The translations under genes were made by a program, and so were the position numbers. Under the pieces are notes generated by a model, which was not told where the DNA came from, ran no database searches, and saw only the letters and a program-made list of their open reading frames with translations. From Escherichia coli (GTDB lineage: Bacteria; Pseudomonadota; Gammaproteobacteria; Enterobacterales; Enterobacteriaceae), in assembly GCF_041248615.1 (NCBI RefSeq), contig NZ_CP158426.1: a stretch of 64,000 nucleotides of DNA. One strand, written 5' to 3'. Positions 12,943-24,081 of the stretch are shown here, one piece after another; within the stretch, counting starts at the first letter, position 1, and each line of letters begins with the position of its first letter.

Positions 12943-13199
12943 TGTTCTTCCACCTTACTTTTATTTCGTCGTTAATTACCGGGCAAGCGCTAAGCACCAC
13001 TGCTGACACTTACCTGTGCTACAAATGACAAAAAGCGTAGCAGCAGACCTGCACGGCATAATGTAAAGATTCCAAATGATTCCAGTAATGGATTGTTATT
13101 GTTTAATATTCTAATTATTTGAAAAACATGAATTGTGAAAAATGTGACGCAGATCCCTTGTGGCGGCACTCAGAATCCCTTCCGAGCAGTCTGATGCGG

Positions 13200-13400
<201 letters not shown>

Positions 13401-13440
13401 TTATTTCACGGGATGAACGTTAAGTATAGGCGCTCGAAAA

Positions 13441-13965
13441 TCAACAATTGATCGTCTGTGCCAGGGCACTGCGAATTTCAGAAATCACCTGGCTGGGTTC
13501 GTTTGTTGCGTCGATGATAATATGCGCAACTTCGCGATATAGCGCATCGCGTTCTTCCAGCACTTCCTGAACTTCTTCGCTCAGCGGTTTCCCCGTTAAG
13601 GTTGGCCGTAAATCTTCTTCCGGTGCAGCTTGCAGTCGGTTAACCAGGACTGATACTGGCGCACACAAATAAACCACGATCCCGTTATTTTGCATAAAGT
13701 GACGATTAAATTCCGTCAGAATAATGCCGCCGCCCGTAGCGATAACGGTGGATGGCGCAGTTACCGCTTCCAGCGCCGCCGTTTCTCTGGCGCGGAATCC
13801 CGCCCACTCTTCCCTTTCGACGATCTCCGCGACCGTCATATTGAGCTGTGATTGCAACCACTGGTCGGTATCGACAAATCGACGGTTAAGCGAATCGGCA
13901 AGGGCCATTCCGACCGTTGTTTTACCACAGCCCCGAGGCCCGATCAGAAAAAGAGGTTGTGTCAT
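13441..13965 (-). CDS. aroL: Shikimate kinase II AroL
   Basis: 174-aa [26 protein letters not shown]...; P-loop shikimate kinase. Confidence 0.96.
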
Positions 13966-14029
13966 CGTGGGTTTTCCCCAATAGGTCGCAATGCGGCGAA
14001 AGCCGGTGTCATGAGAATAGCGATCATAC

Positions 14030-14146
14030 CATCAAACTAGTACAATTTCGATTGTAAAGAAAAAATTCCACTTAAAGTGAAAATCTCGATACACCCCTTA
14101 CTATACCAATAAATATTCAAGAATGAAGTGTAAATAATAAATTACA
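14030..14146 (-). promoter_or_regulatory. aroL promoter/operator region with TrpR-like and TyrR-box-like motifs
   Basis: ACTAGT core within aaactagtacaat (14033-14046); inverted repeat tacaat/attgta (14041-14056); TGTAAA-N6-ATTACA at 14129-14146 resembling a TyrR box; exact sites not verified. Confidence 0.35.
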
Positions 14147-14147
14147 T

Positions 14148-14606
14148 TTAGCCACGACTACGTTGCACTTCCAGCCACCACTTCTCCAGCTCCGCGGCAA
14201 AGGCCTGGCGGTCACGTTGTGAAAGGCTATCTGGTCCCCCGGTCTGGATCCCACTGGCGCGTAAGGTATCCATAAAATCGCGCATCGTCAGGCGCTCACG
14301 AATGGTCGCTGGCGTGTAACGTTCGCCGCGTGGATTAAGCGCCGCCGCGCCTTTCTCGATGGCTTCAGCAGCCAAAGGAATATCTGCGGTGATCACCAAA
14401 TCGCCCGCTTCACACTGCCGGACAATTTCGTTATCGGCAACGTCGAAACCTGCCGCGACGCGCAGCGTACGAATAAATCGCGATGGCGGCACGCGTAAAC
14501 TCTGGTTTGCTACCAGTACCAGCGGCATCTGCATACGTTCCGCCGCGCGATACAAAATCTCTTTAATTACATTGGGACACGCGTCGGCATCCACCCAAAT
14601 TGTCAT
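14148..14606 (-). CDS. yaiI: UPF0178 protein YaiI
   Basis: ORF track 14148-14726; start placed at ATG 14604-14606 ([24 protein letters not shown], giving 152 aa). Confidence 0.88.
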   Translation of the reverse strand: MTIWVDADACPNVIKEILYRAAERMQMPLVLVANQSLRVPPSRFIRTLRVAAGFDVADNEIVRQCEAGDLVITADIPLAAEAIEKGAAALNPRGERYTPATIRERLTMRDFMDTLRASGIQTGGPDSLSQRDRQAFAAELEKWWLEVQRSRG

Positions 14607-14725
14607 AAAGTCATCCTTTGTTGGGTAATCCTCTATTGTGTCGCGCTTTTGCCTTCCGGCATAGTTCTGTTTATGCTTCTGCCAGCGATTATCAAAACAA
14701 TGAATTTCACGGCAGGAGTGAGGCA

Positions 14726-15535
14726 ATGGAAAAGAAAATCGGTTTTATTGGCTGCGGCAATATGGGAAAAGCCATTCTCGGCGGTCTGATTGCCAGCGGT
14801 CAGGTGCTTCCAGGGCAAATCTGGGTATATACTCCCTCCCCGGATAAAGTCTCCGCCCTGCATGACCAGTTCGGCATCAACGCCGCAGAATCGGCGCAAG
14901 AAGTGGCGCAAATCGCCGACATCATTTTTGCCGCCGTTAAACCTGGCATCATGATTAAAGTGCTTAGCGAAATCACCTCCAGCCTGAATAAAGACTCTCT
15001 GGTCGTTTCTATTGCTGCAGGTATCACACTCGACCAGCTTGCCCGCGCGCTGGGCCATGACCGGAAAATTATCCGCGCCATGCCGAACACTCCCGCGCTG
15101 GTTAATGCCGGGATGACCTCCGTAACACCAAACGCGCTGGTAACCCCAGAAGATACCGCTGATGTGCTGAATATTTTCCGCTGCTTTGGCGAAGCGGAAG
15201 TAATTGCCGAGCCGATGATCCACCCGGTGGTCGGTGTGAGCGGTTCTTCGCCAGCCTACGTCTTTATGTTTATCGAAGCGATGGCCGACGCTGCCGTGCT
15301 GGGCGGGATGCCACGCGCCCAGGCGTATAAATTTGCCGCTCAGGCGGTAATGGGTTCCGCAAAAATGGTGCTGGAAACGGGAGAACATCCGGGGGCACTG
15401 AAAGATATGGTCTGCTCACCGGGAGGCACCACCATTGAGGCGGTACGCGTACTGGAAGAGAAAGGCTTCCGTGCCGCAGTGATCGAAGCGATGACGAAGT
15501 GTATGGAAAAATCAGAAAAACTCAGTAAATCCTGA
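14726..15535 (+). CDS. proC: Pyrroline-5-carboxylate reductase ProC
   Basis: ORF track 14618-15535; start placed at ATG 14726 ([21 protein letters not shown], giving 269 aa); NADP-binding GxGxxG. Confidence 0.95.
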   Translation: MEKKIGFIGCGNMGKAILGGLIASGQVLPGQIWVYTPSPDKVSALHDQFGINAAESAQEVAQIADIIFAAVKPGIMIKVLSEITSSLNKDSLVVSIAAGITLDQLARALGHDRKIIRAMPNTPALVNAGMTSVTPNALVTPEDTADVLNIFRCFGEAEVIAEPMIHPVVGVSGSSPAYVFMFIEAMADAAVLGGMPRAQAYKFAAQAVMGSAKMVLETGEHPGALKDMVCSPGGTTIEAVRVLEEKGFRAAVIEAMTKCMEKSEKLSKS

Positions 15536-15551
15536 TGACTTTTGCCGGACG

Positions 15552-16667
15552 TCAGGCCGCCACTTCGGTGCGGTTACGTCCGGCTTTCTTTGCTTTGTAG
15601 AGCGCCAAATCTGCCGATTTCAACCACTCGCGATAGTGACTCATTTGTGGGTTCAGCGGCGCAACCCCCACACTAATCCGTAACATCACCTGCGGCGTAT
15701 TCGGCAGGCGTAACGTATTTAATCCTTCATGCACTCGTAACATGGCGGTAATGGCGCTCTCAGCTGGCGTACCGGACATGATTACCGCAAACTCATCGCC
15801 GCCAAACCGACCAATCACATCGCTACCGCGCAGGGTTATTTGTAATTGTCGGGTAAGCGCCACAATCGCTTCATCGCCCACATCATGGCCCCAGGTATCG
15901 TTGATGCTCTTGAAATGGTCGATATCGATAATCAGTAATGTCGCATCGCGGTTATGCCGCCGACAGTTATCAAATTCATTGCGTAACATAGTTTCCCAAT
16001 GACGTCGGTTATACACGCCCGTCATACCGTCGCGGGTACTCATGACCTGCAACCTGCGTTTATGTTCCGCCAGTTTAGTCGCCGTCTGGTAGCTGACCCA
16101 GCCAAACAGCAGAGGATAAATGACGATAATGGGAAGGGAGAGCCACCATTCCAGCGGCGCACTATTGAACGACACGGTGATGCCCGTCAGTTCAAGGGTG
16201 ACAAGACAGGAAACCACCATCAATACCAGACCCGCGACAAACAGACGGGGGCCGCCTGCCCCCATCAAATTCAGACACATAATCATCAACATCGCGGTGG
16301 AAGGCAGCACGTTTACGCCCATTACGCCTACCCACATTCCCGCTAATACTGCATCGGTTTTTAAGTTGTAAATTTCCCGGCTAAGCGGATCGACGGCCCT
16401 GCTCGCTATCTGCCAGGCTAAATGCGGCCAGACGAACGCCCAGCCGACCAACACCAGCCACCACCAGCCCGGCGGCGGGTGCGAAACCAGCGTTGAAGCA
16501 ATCGGTAAGAACATGCCAGCCAGGCCAACCGCGCGGGGTAGTCTGACGCGACGGGCGAAGCGCAGCCCGGATCGCTGATGTTCGTTTTGAGGAGTTAAAG
16601 GAGGTTCCTCCCCATGCGCCGCCGCTTTTTTGAAAAAGTTTTCATCATTCATTATTTTTGGGAACAT
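15552..16667 (-). CDS. dgcC: Diguanylate cyclase DgcC (AdrA/YaiC)
   Basis: 371-aa ORF; N-terminal membrane MASE2-like region and C-terminal GGDEF domain (RFGGDEF). Confidence 0.94.
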   Translation of the reverse strand: MFPKIMNDENFFKKAAAHGEEPPLTPQNEHQRSGLRFARRVRLPRAVGLAGMFLPIASTLVSHPPPGWWWLVLVGWAFVWPHLAWQIASRAVDPLSREIYNLKTDAVLAGMWVGVMGVNVLPSTAMLMIMCLNLMGAGGPRLFVAGLVLMVVSCLVTLELTGITVSFNSAPLEWWLSLPIIVIYPLLFGWVSYQTATKLAEHKRRLQVMSTRDGMTGVYNRRHWETMLRNEFDNCRRHNRDATLLIIDIDHFKSINDTWGHDVGDEAIVALTRQLQITLRGSDVIGRFGGDEFAVIMSGTPAESAITAMLRVHEGLNTLRLPNTPQVMLRISVGVAPLNPQMSHYREWLKSADLALYKAKKAGRNRTEVAA

Positions 16668-16768
16668 TCAGAAACAATTTTCCCAAATTATAGAGACGGG
16701 GCTAAAGGCAGAAGTATGAAATTTCGGGTGAGCCATTTTCGTAGCTCACCCGTTAGCACTATCAGGTA

Positions 16769-17089
16769 TCAGGCGGCTTTCTTGAGGCAGGCGCTCATAA
16801 ACTTATTACGATCATCACCTTTCAGAGATTGTTGCGTTGCTTGATTATTACATTCGCGCATCTTTTGCTGCTGTGGCGTCAAACTTTTTTCACCAGGCGC
16901 AGACTTGCTGTTCTTCAGGCAATCACTCATGTAGGTCTTACGAGCATCCCCTTTCAACGCCTGCGCCGTCGCCTGCTGATTACAGGAGGTCATACGCTGT
17001 TGTTGCGGGGTTAAGGTTCTCTCGGCAGCGCCGACGGTGGTTAAAAAAACCAGACCGAAAAGCAAGGTAACCAGTAATGTTATTTTCAT
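16769..17089 (-). CDS. psiF: Phosphate starvation-inducible protein PsiF
   Basis: ORF track 16769-17107; start placed at ATG 17087-17089 (MKITLLVTLLFGLVFLTTVGAA signal peptide, giving 106 aa); internal duplicated LTPQQQ(R/K)M..C motif. Confidence 0.9.
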   Translation of the reverse strand: MKITLLVTLLFGLVFLTTVGAAERTLTPQQQRMTSCNQQATAQALKGDARKTYMSDCLKNSKSAPGEKSLTPQQQKMRECNNQATQQSLKGDDRNKFMSACLKKAA

Positions 17090-17163
17090 AGCACCATCCC
17101 TCTTCATGTTTTAACCATGAGCGTATGCGCCCGTGATCTGCCATTAAGTCTGGTTGCTAACAG

Positions 17164-17199
17164 CAAAAAAACCACCCGGCAGCGAAAATTCACTGCCGG
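17164..17199 (-). terminator. Rho-independent terminator immediately downstream of phoA
   Basis: Perfect 8-bp stem cccggcag/ctgccggg (17174-17199), followed on the minus strand by a T7 run (17164-17170). Confidence 0.7.
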
Positions 17200-17207
17200 G
17201 CGCGGTT

Positions 17208-18623
17208 TTATTTCAGCCCCAGGGCGGCTTTCATGGTGTAGAAGAGATCGGTCTGGTCGGTTAGTCCAACAACATTGGCGGCATGCGGGCCATACGCCGC
17301 AATACGCAACTGACTGCCGGTATGTTCTTGTGAATCCTCTTCGGAGTTCCCGTAACTCATCACCATCACTGCGCCATCTTTGGTATTTAGTGCCTGGGTG
17401 AGGCCCGGCGCTTTGGTGTCCGGCGCGACAATCTGGCTGGCGTGGGCGTGATCAGCGGTGACTATGACCAGCGTGTTGCCATCCTTTTTAGCGAATTCCA
17501 GCGCACGTTGTACGGCTTCATCGAGATCGACCGTCTCGCCAATTTGCCCACAAGGATTCGCAGCGTGATCCTGTTTATCGATGGATGCACCTTCAACTTG
17601 CAGGAAAAAGCCTTTCTCATTTTTACTCAACAATTCAATGGCTTTGTCGGTCATCTGCGCCAGGGTCGGTACGCTGTCATTACGTTGCGGATTAGGCGTA
17701 CAGGTAACTGCGGGCTTGTCGATATTGCCGTGGTACGTTGCTTTCGGTCCTAGCCAGCGCACTGGCATATTGCCGTCAGCAAACAGGCCAAGCAGGGGTT
17801 TTTGCTGATTCGCTTCCGTCACCGCATTTAGCGATGCAGCATCACTCACCAGCTGATAACCACGCGCCTGTGCCTGTTCACGCAGCGTTTTTCCCTGCCA
17901 TTCGCCAGCGGTTGCCGTTTCAGCAAAGGTTTTTGCGCCGCCGCCAAGCGTAACATCGGCACGGGCGTTAAGCAGCTGTTCGGTAATCGATCCTCTCCCG
18001 CCTTTTTCCAGAGCGTTATCCGGACATTTTTCACTGGTCGCGCTCGGACCGTAGCATTTGCGCGAGGTCACATGCGCCACCAGCGCGGCGGGCGTGGCAT
18101 CCTGCAACTCTGCGGTAGAAACGTTACCGGTCGCCAGACCTGCGGCTTTTGCCATTTCCAGAATCGTTGGGTGATCTTTTTCGTGAATATCGACGCCCAG
18201 CGCACCGTTATAGGTTTTGACACCAGTTGACCAGGCGGTTGCTGATGCAGCCGAGTCGGTAACGTAGTCCGGTTTGCCGGTTTTTTTATTCAGCGCATAG
18301 TGTGTGTATTGTCCGGTAAGCGGTAAGGCATCGATACCTTTAAAAAAGCCGCCCGCACCTTCGGCATAATTGCGTGCAGCAGTAATTTCCGAGTCCCCCA
18401 TCCCATCGCCAATCAGCAAAATAATATTTTTGGCAGGTTTATCGCTAAGAGAATCACGCAGAGCGGCGGTCTGATCACCCGTTAAGCGGCGAGCACCGCC
18501 GGGTGCAGTAATATCTCCCTGAGCAGCCCGGTTTTCCAGAACAGGCATTTCTGGTGTCCGGGCTTTTGTCACAGGGGTAAACAGTAACGGTAAGAGTGCC
18601 AGTGCAATAGTGCTTTGTTTCAC
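17208..18623 (-). CDS. phoA: Alkaline phosphatase PhoA
   Basis: ORF track 17208-18665; start placed at GTG 18621-18623 ([21 protein letters not shown] signal peptide, giving 471 aa). Confidence 0.96.
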   Translation of the reverse strand: MKQSTIALALLPLLFTPVTKARTPEMPVLENRAAQGDITAPGGARRLTGDQTAALRDSLSDKPAKNIILLIGDGMGDSEITAARNYAEGAGGFFKGIDALPLTGQYTHYALNKKTGKPDYVTDSAASATAWSTGVKTYNGALGVDIHEKDHPTILEMAKAAGLATGNVSTAELQDATPAALVAHVTSRKCYGPSATSEKCPDNALEKGGRGSITEQLLNARADVTLGGGAKTFAETATAGEWQGKTLREQAQARGYQLVSDAASLNAVTEANQQKPLLGLFADGNMPVRWLGPKATYHGNIDKPAVTCTPNPQRNDSVPTLAQMTDKAIELLSKNEKGFFLQVEGASIDKQDHAANPCGQIGETVDLDEAVQRALEFAKKDGNTLVIVTADHAHASQIVAPDTKAPGLTQALNTKDGAVMVMSYGNSEEDSQEHTGSQLRIAAYGPHAANVVGLTDQTDLFYTMKAALGLK

Positions 18624-18685
18624 TTTATTTTCTCCATGTACAAATACATTAAAAAATAAAAACAAAGCGACTATAAGTCTCGGCC

Positions 18686-18703
18686 GTGACAGCTTTATGA
18701 CAG
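18686..18703 (-). promoter_or_regulatory. Pho box of the phoA promoter
   Basis: Minus-strand ctgtcataaagctgtcac, two 7-bp CTGTCAT-type direct repeats, about 60 bp upstream of the phoA GTG. Confidence 0.8.
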
Positions 18704-18723
18704 CTGTTGAAAAGATTAACTTT

Positions 18724-18984
18724 TTACTGACGAGGATGCTTCAATAACTTCTTTACATAATTGCGCAGCAGCTCCGTATCGTCGTCAGGAATGCTGGCAT
18801 CGGGCTTTACCTCGTACAGCGCCCCCTCTACCTGATCAATCAACCTTTGTTGGTCATTTTGCGCCATATTGCGAAGCATTGCAGTGACGATAATCTCCAA
18901 AGCTTCTACCTGCGCGCACAGTTCTTTCGACTCTTCTTCTTTTTGGGCAAGCTTAAATAACAACTCAGCAATGAGATTTTTCAT
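18724..18984 (-). CDS. iraP: Anti-adaptor protein IraP (YaiB), RpoS stabiliser
   Basis: 86-aa [33 protein letters not shown]... Confidence 0.93.
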   Translation of the reverse strand: MKNLIAELLFKLAQKEEESKELCAQVEALEIIVTAMLRNMAQNDQQRLIDQVEGALYEVKPDASIPDDDTELLRNYVKKLLKHPRQ

Positions 18985-19446
18985 GTCTGTATTTCCTTAT
19001 CCAAAGTATGGAGAAGTTAACATTATGTTTCACAACTTCATAGTGTCTGGAAGTATTATTTTTATGACAAAGGAAATACTTTGCGCAAATATTTTTTGTT
19101 TGATTACCAGCGAAACGTTTCTCTTATTTTAATAATTACCCACACAAAATATAGGCTTTTAATTATCAACCTTTATTATAAATAAAAGTTATGAAATATA
19201 TTCTCTTCGTAAACTTATAATTAAGAGAAAAAAACTCACTGCATGGCCATACAAGCCAGGAATAAATTAGCTTCCCGTTCATCATTTTTGTGATCTTGCG
19301 CACATCATTGAGATAACGCGCTTTCTTCACCAGTACGTTGCACGCTTTGTCAGCAGAAGATTGCAACATTCTGTCAGAAGGCCGCGAATCCCCCGTTTTG
19401 TCGTGGTAATGTATGCACTTTGTGTTAGACGGGATAGGTTTTTAAG

Positions 19447-20541
19447 ATGGAAAAACTGCGGGTAGGAATCGTTTTTGGTGGTAAATCAGCGGAACATGAA
19501 GTGTCTCTGCAATCGGCAAAAAACATTGTCGATGCCATTGATAAAAGTCGCTTCGACGTTGTGCTGCTGGGCATTGATAAACAAGGGCAATGGCACGTCA
19601 GCGATGCCAGCAATTATCTGCTAAATGCAGACGATCCTGCCCATATTGCGTTGCGCCCTTCGGCGACCAGCCTTGCGCAGGTGCCTGGTAAACATGAACA
19701 TCAGCTTATCGACGCGCAAAACGGTCAGCCGTTGCCGACGGTGGATGTCATTTTCCCGATTGTCCACGGTACGCTGGGCGAAGATGGTTCCTTGCAGGGA
19801 ATGCTGCGGGTCGCCAATTTACCGTTTGTAGGTTCTGATGTTCTGGCTTCAGCGGCCTGTATGGATAAAGATGTCACCAAACGTCTGCTGCGCGATGCCG
19901 GGCTGAACATTGCGCCATTTATTACCCTGACGCGCGCTAATCGTCACAACATCAGTTTTGCCGAAGTGGAGTCTAAACTGGGGTTACCGCTGTTTGTAAA
20001 ACCGGCTAATCAGGGCTCTTCTGTTGGTGTCAGCAAAGTAACCAGTGAAGAACAGTACGCAATTGCCGTCGATCTGGCGTTCGAGTTCGACCATAAAGTG
20101 ATCGTTGAGCAAGGGATCAAAGGTCGTGAGATCGAATGCGCAGTTCTGGGCAACGACAATCCGCAAGCCAGCACCTGTGGCGAGATCGTACTCACCAGCG
20201 ATTTTTATGCCTACGACACCAAGTACATTGACGAAGATGGCGCGAAAGTGGTAGTTCCGGCAGCCATTGCGCCAGAAATCAACGATAAGATCCGGGCGAT
20301 TGCCGTTCAGGCTTATCAGACGTTGGGATGCGCAGGCATGGCGCGTGTAGACGTGTTTTTAACCCCAGAGAACGAAGTGGTGATCAACGAGATCAACACA
20401 CTGCCTGGCTTCACCAACATCAGTATGTATCCGAAGCTGTGGCAAGCCAGCGGTCTGGGTTACACCGACCTGATCACCCGTTTGATTGAGCTGGCGCTGG
20501 AGCGTCACGCTGCGGATAACGCATTGAAAACCACAATGTAA
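19447..20541 (+). CDS. ddlA: D-alanine--D-alanine ligase A
   Basis: 364-aa [29 protein letters not shown]...; ATP-grasp Ddl family. Confidence 0.96.
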   Translation: MEKLRVGIVFGGKSAEHEVSLQSAKNIVDAIDKSRFDVVLLGIDKQGQWHVSDASNYLLNADDPAHIALRPSATSLAQVPGKHEHQLIDAQNGQPLPTVDVIFPIVHGTLGEDGSLQGMLRVANLPFVGSDVLASAACMDKDVTKRLLRDAGLNIAPFITLTRANRHNISFAEVESKLGLPLFVKPANQGSSVGVSKVTSEEQYAIAVDLAFEFDHKVIVEQGIKGREIECAVLGNDNPQASTCGEIVLTSDFYAYDTKYIDEDGAKVVVPAAIAPEINDKIRAIAVQAYQTLGCAGMARVDVFLTPENEVVINEINTLPGFTNISMYPKLWQASGLGYTDLITRLIELALERHAADNALKTTM

Positions 20542-20546
20542 TATTT

Positions 20547-20578
20547 AAACGCCCGATAATATTCTTATTGGGCGTTTT
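20547..20578. terminator. Bidirectional hairpin terminator between convergent ddlA and yaiZ
   Basis: aaacgcccgataatattcttattgggcgtttt: stem aacgccc/gggcgtt flanked by A-run and T-run; overlaps the yaiZ 3' end. Confidence 0.55.
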
Positions 20579-20777
20579 CAGTTTCTTCATCGCGACGACG
20601 AATAATCAGCCCCGCCAGCCAGAAACTAATCACCCACGTCACCAGACCGACGGCATAGGTCTGCCAACCTTTTGCTTCAAATCCCAGTAACCCCACCACG
20701 CCATTAAGAATGAATATAAGGCCAATGGCGAACGCATAGTAGTGCCAGTCACGGCGGATTTTTACAGGCAAGTTCAT
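20565..20777 (-). CDS. yaiZ: Small inner-membrane protein YaiZ
   Basis: ORF track 20565-20909; start placed at ATG 20775-20777 (MNLPVKIRRDWHYYAFAIGLIFIL, giving 70 aa); two predicted TM helices. Confidence 0.8.
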   Translation of the reverse strand: MNLPVKIRRDWHYYAFAIGLIFILNGVVGLLGFEAKGWQTYAVGLVTWVISFWLAGLIIRRRDEETENAQ

Positions 20778-21036
20778 GGCAGCTCCGTTAACGAAAAACA
20801 ACATCCTTGCATATTCTGCAACATCCGTCTGTGGCGTAGACAACATTTCCGTAATTGTTAATAAATTTAACTTAAGGTTGTCATTTTGTGACTTACGACG
20901 AAGATTCACGCTTCGGGAATATTCCCAACATCAATTTACCATGATTCTGATATTGACAATCTTAATGACCTGTCAGACTTGCCATAAGCCGCTGGTATCA
21001 CACCAGAAGAGAAGCAGATGACTTCCGGAGGTTTTT

Positions 21037-21345
21037 ATGGCTGATTTCACCCTGTCAAAATCGCTGTTTAGCGGAAAATATCGCAATGCCTCTTCAACGC
21101 CTGGCAACATTGCCTATGCGTTGTTTGTGCTGTTTTGCTTTTGGGCTGGGGCGCAATTGCTGAACCTGTTAGTGCATGCGCCCGGCGTCTATGAGCGCTT
21201 AATGCAGGTCCAGGAAACAGGTCGCCCACGGGTGGAAATTGGTTTAGGTGTCGGCACCATTTTCGGGCTGATCCCGTTTTTAGTAGGCTGCCTCATTTTT
21301 GCAGTAGTGGCGCTATGGCTGCACTGGCGACATCGCCGCCAGTAA
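21037..21345 (+). CDS. yaiY: Inner-membrane protein YaiY
   Basis: 102-aa [41 protein letters not shown]... Confidence 0.88.
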
Positions 21346-21402
21346 GATTTACTTGCCAGATAGGACCTAAAACGCTTTATCTGGCATGACATTCCTGTTT
21401 GA

Positions 21403-22497
21403 TCACTGTTTCATACAACGCGCCCGCCGTTCGTCTACGCGCTTCGCAAACCAGGCCGTAGTCAGGTTGCGGGTGATTTTCGGGCTTTCCAGTTGAATGC
21501 CAGGCAACATTTCGCGGGGTAGTGATTTACCCGTTTTCGCTTCGGCAAGTTGATAAACTTTCTTGTACAGCGCCGTCTCCTCAAAAGAGAAGCTGTCCCC
21601 TTTCTCTAACTGGCGGCGAATTTCACTGTCACTCATCCCCAGTTTTCCCGCCAGTTTGCGCGTTGCCAGTTCGGTTTTCCCGGGCTCTTTACTGTCGTAA
21701 CGAATTAAATCACCGTCCAGTGCCAGCTTCACGCCGCTGGCTTTACTGACCGCGTTCTGAAACGCGGCATTACGGCTGGCGTACCAGCCAGCGTTAAAAT
21801 CAGCAAAACGGTATATCGGCGCGCTATAGCTGGCGGGATAATTCAGTAAATGGTAAGTACCAAACCACAACCCGCCGCGACGACTGAAGACTTCCTGACG
21901 GACTGTACCGTCCATTTTCCACGGATACCCTTTGGTATGCTGTTCGGCAAAGGCAATGCTGACCTGCATCGGCCCACCGGTGCGCACCGGATTAAGCGAA
22001 CCAAACAACGTCTGCCCCATTGGCACCATGCTGATCAGATCGTCAAAAATCGCGCTCAATTGCTTTTCTGTACGCACCGAATCTAACCGTTCGCTATAGC
22101 TTTTGCCGTTTGGCGATTTGATTTTTAGCGCGGTATGCACCAGAAAAGCAGGAATGTGCATCCGTTCAGCACGACGGTCAATCTCTTGCCAGGCGATCTT
22201 GCTTAAGCCCGGAACGGCTGGATCTGCCTGATAATTTGACTCCTGCTGCGCCACCGCCAGCACCGAGCAGACGTTTTCCAGCGTCGGTGCCAGCCCCTGA
22301 CTTTCAAACGTGGTGGCGAGATCTTTCGCCCAGGCATCGCGGTCTTTCACGCTCGCAGGCATCTTCTGCCGCACGACGCTCGCCACATCTATCGCTTTTT
22401 CGCCCTTTTTCAACGGTTGCGGAGCCTGACTACTACACCCCGCTAAAACCAGAACCGCCAACAATGACAGCGAAGATAGATGATTGACGCGCGACAT
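21403..22497 (-). CDS. yaiW: Outer-membrane lipoprotein YaiW
   Basis: 364-aa ORF with lipobox LVLAGCSS; directly downstream of sbmA. Confidence 0.9.
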   Translation of the reverse strand: MSRVNHLSSLSLLAVLVLAGCSSQAPQPLKKGEKAIDVASVVRQKMPASVKDRDAWAKDLATTFESQGLAPTLENVCSVLAVAQQESNYQADPAVPGLSKIAWQEIDRRAERMHIPAFLVHTALKIKSPNGKSYSERLDSVRTEKQLSAIFDDLISMVPMGQTLFGSLNPVRTGGPMQVSIAFAEQHTKGYPWKMDGTVRQEVFSRRGGLWFGTYHLLNYPASYSAPIYRFADFNAGWYASRNAAFQNAVSKASGVKLALDGDLIRYDSKEPGKTELATRKLAGKLGMSDSEIRRQLEKGDSFSFEETALYKKVYQLAEAKTGKSLPREMLPGIQLESPKITRNLTTAWFAKRVDERRARCMKQ

Positions 22498-22509
22498 TAC
22501 TTCTCCTTT

Positions 22510-23730
22510 TTAGCTCAAGGTATGGGTTACTTCCTGAATTTTGTCACCATCCAGCTCATGTTCAAAGCTGCGCAGACGTTTGTAGATAGACATCAACTCA
22601 ACCAGTGTGGTCCATGAGTTAATCAGGTACTGGAAAGCTCCGCGAACCTGACCAAAAACGTTGGTAATCTGCGTCATCAGGCCGAGCGTAATCGTACCGG
22701 CAACAATTGACGGAAACAGCAAGAACAAACCGAAAACGTTATCGACCTGCAAATAGAGAATGCGGGCGATGTTGAAATACATATAGTGAAAATAGAGGCG
22801 GAAATAGTTTTTCCGTACGGCGCTAAACAGCTCGCGTACCGTAGGCGGCGTCGCGCGCGTGGCATCGTCTTCACCATAAACCAGCTCTTTACGGTAGGCA
22901 GCCTCTACACGCTGGTTTTTAAACTCCAGCCCCGGCAGTTTGATCCCTACCACTGCCAGTAATCCGGTCCCCATCAGCGACCAGACGATAGCGGCAATCA
23001 CCAGACCATACGGAATGTGCCCGACAATCGGCAGCTCCGGCACATGCGCGGAGAGCGTTACCAGCACCGGCAGGAAGGCGATCAACGTCATGATAGCGTT
23101 GATAAAGCTGACGCCCATATTCTCCAGCGTTGAAGCAAAACGCATGGTGTCTTCCTGCACGCGTTGGGCGGCACCTTCGATATGACGCAGTTGTTGCCAG
23201 TTCGCCATGTAATATTCGTTCATCGCTGTACGCCAGCGGAACACGTAGTGACTGACAAAGAAGTTGTTCAGCACACTGATCACTACCGCGATCAGCGCAA
23301 TCCCCAGAAAGACGCCCACTTCGCGGTAAAATTGTTCGATGGTGACTTTATGCGGCGAACTTAGCGCGGTTTGAATCAGATCATAGAACGGCGCATACCA
23401 GGCGTTGACGGCGACCCCGACTTCCACCAAAAACCAGGTGACGAAGATGATCAGTGCAGTACCGAGTATTGACCAATATTGCCAACGATGCGGGCTGTAG
23501 ATAAACCAGAACAATGCAAAAAGTCCTACGCAAACAATGTAGTAAGCGTAAAAAATCAGGAAATCTAACGACCAGAAACGCGCGGCGCTAATCGGGATCT
23601 GCCCGGAAGCTCCGGTGATACACGCCACCCAGTCACCCCCACCTGCTTGCCAGAAGATAACGGCAATCAATGCCCAAACAAAGGCCGAGAGAAAAAACGG
23701 TCCCGGCTTTGGGAAAAAAGACTTAAACAT
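22510..23730 (-). CDS. sbmA: Peptide antibiotic/antimicrobial peptide transporter SbmA
   Basis: ORF track 22510-23736; start placed at the second Met ([17 protein letters not shown], giving 406 aa); multi-TM SbmA/BacA family. Confidence 0.94.
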   Translation of the reverse strand: MFKSFFPKPGPFFLSAFVWALIAVIFWQAGGGDWVACITGASGQIPISAARFWSLDFLIFYAYYIVCVGLFALFWFIYSPHRWQYWSILGTALIIFVTWFLVEVGVAVNAWYAPFYDLIQTALSSPHKVTIEQFYREVGVFLGIALIAVVISVLNNFFVSHYVFRWRTAMNEYYMANWQQLRHIEGAAQRVQEDTMRFASTLENMGVSFINAIMTLIAFLPVLVTLSAHVPELPIVGHIPYGLVIAAIVWSLMGTGLLAVVGIKLPGLEFKNQRVEAAYRKELVYGEDDATRATPPTVRELFSAVRKNYFRLYFHYMYFNIARILYLQVDNVFGLFLLFPSIVAGTITLGLMTQITNVFGQVRGAFQYLINSWTTLVELMSIYKRLRSFEHELDGDKIQEVTHTLS

Positions 23731-24081
23731 ATGCACTCCTGCTAACTTCTTATCGTTTTAACAACTGCTGTGTATTAACCGCATGACCGCTACAAAGCGT
23801 CAGCCAAATGAAACCGCCCATTGTGACCCATAGCAAGGCGCTTAGTTCGCCAGCCTGAGCATAAGAATTGTTTCGACGGATTTCACAAACCAAAGATTGT
23901 TTACATAATCGGATTAACACGCGCAGGATCACAAATGCAGGCATTGGTGAGCAGGAAAAAGATCGTGTTTACGCGCCGTTACGTTTTTAACACTATTATT
24001 GCACTAATTCGCCCTTTGCAATCCATCAATGAGTAGTATAAATACGCTCAGTTACCTTCATTCAATCTATGGACACCACCG

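Noticed and set aside
14633-15388. 251-aa minus-strand ORF
   Set aside because: Antisense to proC, which is confidently identified; a GC-rich antisense frame artefact.
19166-19369. 67-aa minus-strand ORF in the iraP-ddlA intergenic region
   Set aside because: Embedded in AT-rich promoter DNA with no Shine-Dalgarno; AT-rich sequence often yields such open frames by chance. Kept only as a note in a finding.
23750-23944. 64-aa minus-strand ORF upstream of sbmA
   Set aside because: Located in the sbmA promoter/leader region with no RBS; most likely non-coding.
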